NCBI GenBank assembly: GCA_963709995.1
Contig: CAVPYN010000011.1
Location: 15,829 to 79,828 of the forward strand
DNA length: 64,000 nt
Direction: 5' to 3'
Source of the DNA: an uncultured Chloroflexia bacterium
GTDB taxonomy: Bacteria; Chloroflexota; Chloroflexia; Thermomicrobiales; CFX8
The position numbers and the translations under genes were made by a program. The notes below the pieces were generated by a model. That model did not search any database. It saw only the letters and a list, made by a program, of their open reading frames with translations, and was not told the DNA's origin. This document shows positions 56,767-64,000 of this stretch, one piece after another (position 1 is the stretch's first letter; each line of letters begins with the position of its first letter).

Positions 56767-58275
56767 CTAATCCGCCGCGACGACCTCGTAGCCTCTCAAC
56801 TTCTCAATCGCACGATCCAGGCGGGCAAGCGATCGTTCGGTGTTGACAACGCGGAGCGTCTCGAACAACCCGGGCGACGCGGTCCTGCCGGTAACCGCGA
56901 CCCGAATCGGCATGAAGAGCTGGCCCGCCTTGAGCTCAAGTTCGCCGGCAACACCGCGCAAACGCTCTTCGAGCATCGCCTCAACTTCCGTCCCGACCTC
57001 AGCGATCGCCGCCCGGGCTGCTTCCAGAGCACGCAGGGCATCGGCAGGCTCGGTCTTGCGCGGGACAAGCAATGCGGCGTCGTAATCCGGTGGTTCGACA
57101 ATGAAGTAGCTAATAAGGTCGGGCCCCTCGGTCAGGAGTTTCATCTTGTCCTTCACCAGTGCCACCGCTTCGACGATCAGTTCTCGCGTTCCCGGATCAC
57201 CGACTGCGTCATCGGTCAGACCCGCATCTGCAACCAGGGGCATAACCCGTTCGGCCAGATCCTCAACATCGAGAATATGGTTAATGTAATACTGGTTCAT
57301 CCAGTCGAGTTTCTCGAAGTTGAAGCGTGCCGGGCTCGGGCTGACCCGCTCCAGGCTGAATTTCTCGATCAATTCATCGTGGGAGAAGATCTCCTGGTGG
57401 TCATCATACGCCCAGCCGACGAGCGCAAGATAGTTGACGACAGCCTCCGGAAGGTAGCCCGCCTCGCGCAGCGCGAGCACACTAGCCGCTCCATCCCGCT
57501 TCGAAAGCTTGCCTTTCCCGTCAGGCTTGAGGATCACCGGCATGTGAACGAAAACCGGCCGCTCCCAGCCAAATGCGTCCCAGGTGATCAGATGCAGCGG
57601 CATCGACGGGATCCACTCCTCGCCACGTGTGACATGGCTGATTCCCATGTCATGGTCATCGACAACGACCGCAAGGTGGTACGTCGGGAATCCGTCCGAC
57701 TTGAGCAGCACCGCATCTTCCAGCTTGCTGTTCTCAAAGGTGATTGGTCCCCGCAACAAGTCATAGCCAGTCGTCGCCCCATCGAGCGGGACCTTTAGCC
57801 GAACTACGGGGATAGTGCCCTGGTCACAAAGAGTCTGCCGCTCCTCGTCAGTCAGATTCCGGCAGTGGCGGTCGTACCCGGGCGGGCGTCCAGCTTTGCG
57901 CTGCTCGTCCCGCAGTCCGGCGAGTCGTTCAGCCGAGCAGAAACATTCATAGGCGTAGCCGTCGGCGAGCAGCCTATCGACATGCTGCCGGTAGAGTTCC
58001 AGCCGCTGGCTCTGGAAATATGGACCGTGTGGACCATTGATGTCCGGTCCCTCGTCCCAATCAAGTCCAAGCCATCGAAGCGCATCGGTAATCGAGGTGA
58101 TACTCGATTCGTCATACCGCTTCTGGTCGGTGTCCTCCACCCGCAGGATGAACGCCCCGTCGTGCTGGCGCGCGAACAAGTACGTGAAAAGCGCGGTTCG
58201 AACGCCGCCCACATGGAGGTCTCCCGTTGGGCTGGGCGCGAATCGAACCCGCACTGGGGTCTCTGATGTTGTCAT
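56767..58275 (-). CDS. gltX: Glutamyl-tRNA synthetase
   Basis: 502 aa. Motifs are RFAPSPTGDLHVGGVRTALF (HIGH) and GKLSKRDG (KMSKS). Confidence 0.95.
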   Translation of the reverse strand: MTTSETPVRVRFAPSPTGDLHVGGVRTALFTYLFARQHDGAFILRVEDTDQKRYDESSITSITDALRWLGLDWDEGPDINGPHGPYFQSQRLELYRQHVDRLLADGYAYECFCSAERLAGLRDEQRKAGRPPGYDRHCRNLTDEERQTLCDQGTIPVVRLKVPLDGATTGYDLLRGPITFENSKLEDAVLLKSDGFPTYHLAVVVDDHDMGISHVTRGEEWIPSMPLHLITWDAFGWERPVFVHMPVILKPDGKGKLSKRDGAASVLALREAGYLPEAVVNYLALVGWAYDDHQEIFSHDELIEKFSLERVSPSPARFNFEKLDWMNQYYINHILDVEDLAERVMPLVADAGLTDDAVGDPGTRELIVEAVALVKDKMKLLTEGPDLISYFIVEPPDYDAALLVPRKTEPADALRALEAARAAIAEVGTEVEAMLEERLRGVAGELELKAGQLFMPIRVAVTGRTASPGLFETLRVVNTERSLARLDRAIEKLRGYEVVAAD

Positions 58276-58380
58276 GTTCCACTCCCATCTTCATGTATAA
58301 AGGTAACAGGGTGGAACACGGAATGCTCCAGTCTGGTAAGACGGACGGCCGGCGGCTATGTTCGATATCTCAAGAAGGAG

Positions 58381-59310
58381 ATGTTTGTGCTACTCGCGCT
58401 GAACAAGGACGATCGCTCGGCCATGTTTGTTGACGATGTGTCGGGCGAGATTGTCAAGACACTCAGTGTTGGCTTGAACCCGCATGAGGCGATTGTCACG
58501 CCGGATGGACGCGCCGCCTATGTCTCGAACGCCGGTGACAACACGATCTCGGTAATCGACCTCAATGCGCGAGAAGTCCTCACCGTGCTCAAGGACGATC
58601 ATTGGCGATTTCCTCACGGATTGGAGATCACCCAGGAAGGCAAGTATCTCTGGGTCGCCGCGACCCGCTCACACGGCGTCTGGATCTTCGAACGAGAACC
58701 GGACAATCTCACCTGGCATGAACTGGTCAAAGTCGTGCCAACGCAGCAGCGAATGAGTCACATGGTGCATCTCAGCCCAGACGGGCAACGTGCCTACGTC
58801 CCGAACATCGCTACCGGAGTGCTGACCGTGCTCGATACCGACAGGAAAGAAGTCATCAATCAGATCAGGGTTGGACCCGGCCCAGAGGGGGTCGCGATCC
58901 ATCCACTGGATGGCACGATCTATGTCGCGAATCAAGGCGATGACACACTATATGTCATCGATGACCGGGACTTCACCCGCCTCCACGAGATGAAAGTCGG
59001 CAGTACGCCCGTCCGCGCCAGTTTCACGCACGACGGCGAGCACCTCCTGGTTTCGAACCGGCTGTCCCACGATGTCTCGGTAATCGCCCACCGCTGGGAG
59101 CGAGCGACTGAGAGGCCGCAACCCTGGGAAATCAAACGGATTCCGGTTGGACGCTGGCCCGGGCAGATCGTCATGGCGCCGGACGGGAATCGAGCCTGGG
59201 TAACGAACAACAAGACGAACGACATCTCGGAGATCGACCTTGGCTCGCTTGAAGAGGTCCGCCGCATCACCGCTGGCGTTCATCCCGACGGGATGGTTTG
59301 GGTTCCCTGA
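58381..59310 (+). CDS. YVTN-type beta-propeller repeat protein
   Basis: Repeated ...PHEAIVTPDGRAAYVSNAGDNTISVID... units occur about six times. The start may be GTG 58387 (GGAG 6 nt upstream) rather than ATG 58381. Confidence 0.8.
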   Translation: MFVLLALNKDDRSAMFVDDVSGEIVKTLSVGLNPHEAIVTPDGRAAYVSNAGDNTISVIDLNAREVLTVLKDDHWRFPHGLEITQEGKYLWVAATRSHGVWIFEREPDNLTWHELVKVVPTQQRMSHMVHLSPDGQRAYVPNIATGVLTVLDTDRKEVINQIRVGPGPEGVAIHPLDGTIYVANQGDDTLYVIDDRDFTRLHEMKVGSTPVRASFTHDGEHLLVSNRLSHDVSVIAHRWERATERPQPWEIKRIPVGRWPGQIVMAPDGNRAWVTNNKTNDISEIDLGSLEEVRRITAGVHPDGMVWVP

Positions 59311-59502
59311 TCAGGATTTCGAGGTTCGTTCCAATCGTCACGATCGTGCAAGGCATCACCCCCTGATTGACCAAATGACAACACGTAGATGCTGCAATCT
59401 GGGGCCGGGTTGAACGGTTTCATCGAAATCGGCCACAATACGACAATACACGGCTGCCGGAGAACCAGTCAGTCAAGCCTGCCGTCAACCTGAGGGGGAA
59501 CC

Positions 59503-61941
59503 ATGGTTCAGCCACTAACGGTCGAAGATATTCGCGCGCCCGAAGCCGCGCAGCGCCCGAAACCGCCGCTCTCGCCAGATGAAATGGCGGTGCTTGACGA
59601 GGTCCAGCGCCGCGTTCTCTGGTTGAGCACCCTGATCGTCCACCACGCCAACAACGTCCGAGAGAAGCGGGATGGGTTGAAAGTCGGCGGGCATCAGGCA
59701 TCGAGCGCCTCGGTCGCCACGATCATGACCGCGCTCTATTTTCATGCCCTGCGTTCCGGTGATCGGGTTTCAGTCAAGCCCCACGCCTCGCCCGTCTTTC
59801 ACGCCGTCCAGTACCTGCTTGGGAATCTGCCGAAGGAGTTTCTGACCGAATTGCGGGCCTACGGAGGTCTGCAATCGTATCCGAGCCGAACGAAAGACCC
59901 GGATCCGGTTGACTTTTCCACCGGTTCGGTTGGCCTCGGCGCGGTCGCGCCCAACTTCGCCGCGCTCGGGCATCTCTATGCCGAGAAGCATTTTGGAGAA
60001 GTCACCTCCCGCCGCTTCATCTCGCTCGTCGGAGACGCGGAGCTGGACGAAGGCAACGTCTGGGAAGCGATGATCGAGGATGCGTTGACGCCGGTTTCCA
60101 ACGTGCTCTGGATCGTCGACCTCAATCGCCAGAGCCTGGACAGGGTCATTCCCGGAATCCGCGCCGCCGAACTGAAGCAGCTCTTCGCCAACAGCGGTTG
60201 GCGGGTGCTCGAAGCCAAGTACGGCCGCGACTTGCGAGCCACGTTCCAGCGACCCGGCGGGGACGCGCTGCGGCGGGTCATCGACGATATGGAAAACGAG
60301 GAGTATCAGGGGCTGATCCGGATGGAGGGGGCCGATCTCCGGGAACAGATAACCCACCGCGGCGGCTCACTCAATCAGGATGTCGCCCGTGTGCTGGCCG
60401 ACGTTCCTGACGAGATCCTGCCCAGCCTCATCTCCAACCTCGGCGGCCATGACCTCCAGGATCTGATCGACATGATCGATGAAGGCTTGCGCCCATCCGA
60501 CAAGCCTGCGATTCTCTTTGCCTATACGATCAAAGGTTGGCAAATGCCCTTCTACGGCGACGCGCTCAACCACTCGGCGCTCCTGAATAGCGCACAGGTC
60601 GAGCAGGTCCGCCAGGCTCTGGGCATCCCCGCGGGCAGCGATTGGGAGCGGTTTCCAGCCGAGTCGCCAGCCGGAAAGCTCTGTGAAACGGCACATGAAC
60701 GAATCTATGGCGATGAGACGAAGATCGAGCCCCAGGTGCGACCGGATCAAATCCCTGACCACCTTGGACACAACCGGTTGCCCTCGACGTCGACCCAGGA
60801 ATCGTTCGGACGGCTGCTCACTCAGCTCGCGGATGTCGAGCATGTTGGTGACCGGATCATAACCACATCGCCGGATGTCTCGATCTCAACCAATCTGGGC
60901 GGTTGGATCAACAAAGTCGGCGTGTTCCGCCCCGATCCTGCGACGATCTACTTCAACGCACCCCGCCAGCTCTTGCGCTGGGAGCCAGCGCCCGAGGGGC
61001 AGCACATCGAGCTCGGCATATCCGAGATGAACCTCTTCATGTTCCTCGGCTCGCTCGGGCTAAGCCAGGAACTTTCAGGGCAGTTGCTCTTCCCGATTGG
61101 CACCGTCTATGACCCGTTCATCTGTCGTGGGCTCGACGCTCTGATCTACGGATGCTACTCCGGTTCAAAGTTCATCTTCGCCGGCACACCTGCCGGCATT
61201 TCCCTGGCGCCCGAGGGAGGCGCGCACCAGTCCACGATTACGCCATCGATCGGGCACGAGCTTCCGAATCTGAGGTCGCATGAGCCCGCATTTGCTCAGG
61301 AACTCGAATGGCTGCTGCTCGACGCGCTGCGCCAGTGCGCCGACCGGAAGAACGGTGAGTCCAGCTATCTGCGCCTCTCGACCAAGCCGATCGACCAGCG
61401 ACTAATGCAACCAGCTCTCGACCGCCTGGATCAAGACGAACTGCGTCGCCAGGTTTTGAGCGGCGGCTACCGGCTGGTTGACGCGAGACACGACGCCGAA
61501 TCGCCAGTCGACCCGCGTGATACTGTCCAGATCGTCGCAAGCGGCGTCATGATCCCGGAGGCAGTCGAGGCAGCGCGCATGCTTCACGAAGAAGGCATCG
61601 CCGCAAACGTCATTAACCTGACCTCTCCCCAACTTGTCTACGACCAGTGGCGTGACTGGCAGCGTGCCAGAATGAGAGGTCAGAAGGCACTGGGAACTAG
61701 CAACAGAATCGAGGATTTGATTCCGGCGGGCGAACGATCGGCGCCAATCGTGACCGTGCAGGACGGCGCGTCACACTCTCTCGCCTGGTTGGGGAGCGTC
61801 TTCGGGACACGGCTGTTCTCGCTCGGGGTTGACGAGTTCGGCCAGTCCGGAGACATCCCATCGCTCTACCGGCACTTCGAGATGGACGCAGAGCACATCG
61901 CCTCGTCCGCCTTCGCGGCGCTTGACCTGCGGAATGCGTAG
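59503..61941 (+). CDS. AceE-like homodimeric 2-oxoacid dehydrogenase E1 / transketolase-like ThDP enzyme
   Basis: 812 aa. Motifs are GGHQASSAS, FSTGSVGLG, the ThDP motif GDAELDEGNVWEA...NVLWIVDLNRQSLD, and a C-terminal transketolase-like domain. Confidence 0.8.
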   Translation: MVQPLTVEDIRAPEAAQRPKPPLSPDEMAVLDEVQRRVLWLSTLIVHHANNVREKRDGLKVGGHQASSASVATIMTALYFHALRSGDRVSVKPHASPVFHAVQYLLGNLPKEFLTELRAYGGLQSYPSRTKDPDPVDFSTGSVGLGAVAPNFAALGHLYAEKHFGEVTSRRFISLVGDAELDEGNVWEAMIEDALTPVSNVLWIVDLNRQSLDRVIPGIRAAELKQLFANSGWRVLEAKYGRDLRATFQRPGGDALRRVIDDMENEEYQGLIRMEGADLREQITHRGGSLNQDVARVLADVPDEILPSLISNLGGHDLQDLIDMIDEGLRPSDKPAILFAYTIKGWQMPFYGDALNHSALLNSAQVEQVRQALGIPAGSDWERFPAESPAGKLCETAHERIYGDETKIEPQVRPDQIPDHLGHNRLPSTSTQESFGRLLTQLADVEHVGDRIITTSPDVSISTNLGGWINKVGVFRPDPATIYFNAPRQLLRWEPAPEGQHIELGISEMNLFMFLGSLGLSQELSGQLLFPIGTVYDPFICRGLDALIYGCYSGSKFIFAGTPAGISLAPEGGAHQSTITPSIGHELPNLRSHEPAFAQELEWLLLDALRQCADRKNGESSYLRLSTKPIDQRLMQPALDRLDQDELRRQVLSGGYRLVDARHDAESPVDPRDTVQIVASGVMIPEAVEAARMLHEEGIAANVINLTSPQLVYDQWRDWQRARMRGQKALGTSNRIEDLIPAGERSAPIVTVQDGASHSLAWLGSVFGTRLFSLGVDEFGQSGDIPSLYRHFEMDAEHIASSAFAALDLRNA

Positions 61942-63736
61942 GAGGTCCTCAACCACCCCGTCCCGAATACTGACAAGAGCCGCGGGGGGCGATGCCCGAT
62001 CGTTCTTGCGGCCACCTACTGGCATTGCTCTTGCGCTAGTGGTTCTCCTGCTATCACTGGTTCCGTTGTCCACCTCGGCCGACCAGCAGGGGGTCATTCC
62101 GATCCCGCACGATACGCGCCAAGCCAGCCCGGCCGGCAACATCCTCGTGCGTGGCATCGCATCGCACGCATGGTGGCTCGATCCAGAGGTCTACGGAGAT
62201 CAGCTGTTGCCAGCTCTCGATGAGTTGCAGGTCACGACGGTGCGCCTGAGCATCGACTGGCGGCGCTTCGAACCAGAGCCAGGGGGCTGGGACTGGGCGA
62301 TGTACGACCGGGTGCTTGGCGAGCTCGCAAAGCGCAACATCATCGTTGTGGCCGATTTCAGCACCATTCCTGGCTGGGCATCGACAAGTCCCTCGACCTG
62401 TGACGAACCAGTGCTCGAAGTACCAACCTGTCAGTTGCGCGACGATATGTACGATGAATTCGAGACCGCCATGCGCGCCGCGGTCGAGCGCTACAGCTGG
62501 ATCGAGCACTGGGAATTCTGGAATGAACCCGAGATGTGGGAGCTCCTCGGCAAAGACGGTCATCTCTACCTGCGCCATCTCAAGATGTTTTACGACGTTG
62601 CGCACGAGGTGAACCCGAGCATCGTTGTCGCGGCCCAGACACTTGTCGGACCGGAATACATGGACTGGCTCTACAACATTAGCGCGGCGGAATACGGCCC
62701 TGGAAACGAACCCTGGGATGCTGTCTCGGTCCACCCCTATAACTTCTGGTATGTCCCAACCCCCGGCGAGCCGCCGTTAGAGATCAATTACGATCGCGTG
62801 CTCCAGCTTCGCCAGATGATGATTGAACGCGGCGATGCGGGCAAGCCTATCTGGATCACCGAGTTCGGCTGGACGAACGATCAGGAATGGCAGGCGCGCA
62901 ACCTCGAGGTCACGCTGGACTGGCTCCAGTCTCAGCCCTACATCGAGTTCGCCCATCTGCACATGCTTCATGACTGGAATGAAGAACCACAGGACCAGTT
63001 TGGATTGATGAGCATTGTCGAGCGCGGAGGATATCGCTACCTTGATGAGGAAACCATCTTCGAACCGAAAGAGATCTATTACAACGCGTTCAAGGACTAC
63101 CCGATGGATCGCCGGGGCCGCATTCCCGGCGCGGAGGAAGCGCGGAGCTTTCCTGAAACCAGCCAAACGATCGCCGAGCCATTCCTGACTGGTTGGGAAG
63201 CTCGCGGCGGTCTGGCTGGGCCGGGGTTGCCGCTCACACGGCCCTACACACGCCAAAATGCTAACGGATCGTGGCTGCTCGTGCAGGATTTCGAGCGGGC
63301 AAGACTGGAGCACCATCCCGGAAATGCTGGAGAAGCTGGCGAGATTCTTGGCGCGGCCATCGGGCGCGACATAGCCGCCAGTCACCCCGAGCAACCCGCA
63401 TTCGTCCCGCTCGACGGATGCGTATCAAGTGAGTCCCGGCTCTGTATCGACGAGACGGGCTTCGCAATTGAGGGCGGATTCAGGAACTACTGGCTCGAGA
63501 ACGACGGGCTGACACGTTTCGGCTACCCGATATCGCGTGAGTTAATCGAGCATGACGTCACCGTTCAGTACTTCGAACGGGGCAGGCTCGAATGGCACCC
63601 CGACCTCCCACCCGGCGAACAGATCATCGTCGCCGCCCTCGTCCGCGAGCAGCTGATCGCCGACGGTTGGCTGCTCCCCGATGGTTCGGCTCCCGACGAT
63701 GACCTCCGGCTGCCGACTCGCCGGGCATTCTCCTAG
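61934..63736 (+). CDS. Secreted clan GH-A (TIM-barrel) glycoside hydrolase with a C-terminal pair of ~55-aa repeats
   Basis: The signal-like segment is IALALVVLLLSLVPLSTSA. The acid/base motif is WEFWNEPE and the putative nucleophile region is IWITEFGW. Start is ATG 61934 (overlapping the E1 stop) or TTG at about 62006. Confidence 0.7.
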   Translation: MRRRSSTTPSRILTRAAGGDARSFLRPPTGIALALVVLLLSLVPLSTSADQQGVIPIPHDTRQASPAGNILVRGIASHAWWLDPEVYGDQLLPALDELQVTTVRLSIDWRRFEPEPGGWDWAMYDRVLGELAKRNIIVVADFSTIPGWASTSPSTCDEPVLEVPTCQLRDDMYDEFETAMRAAVERYSWIEHWEFWNEPEMWELLGKDGHLYLRHLKMFYDVAHEVNPSIVVAAQTLVGPEYMDWLYNISAAEYGPGNEPWDAVSVHPYNFWYVPTPGEPPLEINYDRVLQLRQMMIERGDAGKPIWITEFGWTNDQEWQARNLEVTLDWLQSQPYIEFAHLHMLHDWNEEPQDQFGLMSIVERGGYRYLDEETIFEPKEIYYNAFKDYPMDRRGRIPGAEEARSFPETSQTIAEPFLTGWEARGGLAGPGLPLTRPYTRQNANGSWLLVQDFERARLEHHPGNAGEAGEILGAAIGRDIAASHPEQPAFVPLDGCVSSESRLCIDETGFAIEGGFRNYWLENDGLTRFGYPISRELIEHDVTVQYFERGRLEWHPDLPPGEQIIVAALVREQLIADGWLLPDGSAPDDDLRLPTRRAFS

Positions 63737-63810
63737 CGCAGGTTCTTATGCCTTAACGCACCCTGGAATTGAACTTGGTCACGTGTGGTCGTCCGGGAAT
63801 CACGCTTATG

Positions 63811-64000
63811 TCAATTCATCCCATCCAAGCCAGTAGGACGGGATGCTTCCCGGGCGCCAACGTTGACGACGGGCGTCGTCGGCTGGTCGCTCGCGATCAC
63901 GGTCATTAGATTCGAGACGAAGATTGCCTTGCGCTCAGCATCGAGCGCGATCGGATCTGCTCCGGCTACGTCTCCCGCTTCAAGTTCAGCCACGGCCCCG
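63811..64000 (-). CDS. Hypothetical protein, C-terminal fragment only (the gene continues beyond the window)
   Basis: The frame of ORF 63811..63993 is open to the window edge. No motif recognised. Confidence 0.3.
   Translation of the reverse strand, partial: GAVAELEAGDVAGADPIALDAERKAIFVSNLMTVIASDQPTTPVVNVGAREASRPTGLDGMN

Noticed and set aside
58238-58262. A tRNA T-arm-like motif (the complement reads GCGGGTTCGATTCGCGCC)
   Set aside because: It lies inside the gltX coding sequence (codons for VRVRFAPSP). No acceptor, D or anticodon arms can be drawn around it.

Overview
This is a 64-kb window of a high-GC (roughly 60%) bacterial chromosome. T-box regulation, REP-like palindromes and TreS-Mak/TreYZ/GH57 content would fit a Chloroflexota/Thermomicrobia-like or similar lineage, but I cannot verify the organism. 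Layout: (1) 1-12.8 kb is one tightly coupled trehalose/alpha-glucan operon (treS-mak, malQ reading through into glgB, treZ, a GH57 enzyme, treY). (2) 12.9-20.6 kb holds a thioesterase-like hydrolase and a putative guanidino/cyclic-amide catabolic cluster (MFS, hydantoinase, FAD oxidase, ureohydrolase, creatininase). (3) 20.7-39.2 kb is mostly housekeeping and miscellaneous genes (oppC remnant, mscL, deaminase with in-frame TGA, pyruvate carboxylase, DMT transporter, pepF, CDF, a large LuxR/STAND regulator, DUF4242, two FAD oxidases, DUF389-SH3). (4) 39.2-52.8 kb is a degraded, compositionally patchy stretch. It contains a low-GC AIPR-like abortive-infection gene, orphan hicB, three copies of an M42 peptidase 3' end, frame-broken MFS/M29/ABC-2/PPOX genes, and a Met-specific T-box in front of a metG with five frame breaks. 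(5) 52.9-56.7 kb holds a nurA-herA nuclease/ATPase pair plus a decayed ANT(2'')-like nucleotidyltransferase, wedged between metG and gltX. (6) 56.8-64 kb holds gltX, a YVTN beta-propeller protein, an AceE-like E1 enzyme and a secreted glycosidase. I found no rRNA, tRNA, CRISPR array, integrase or transposase. The most notable points are the nurA-herA island, the AIPR island with the M42 3'-end relics, the intact T-box before a frame-broken metG, the malQ~glgB frame fusion, a structured leader upstream of an ABC-2 operon, and clustered reading-frame lesions (about 21 indels and 2-3 in-frame TGA). All functional calls rest on motif recognition by eye; no database search was run.
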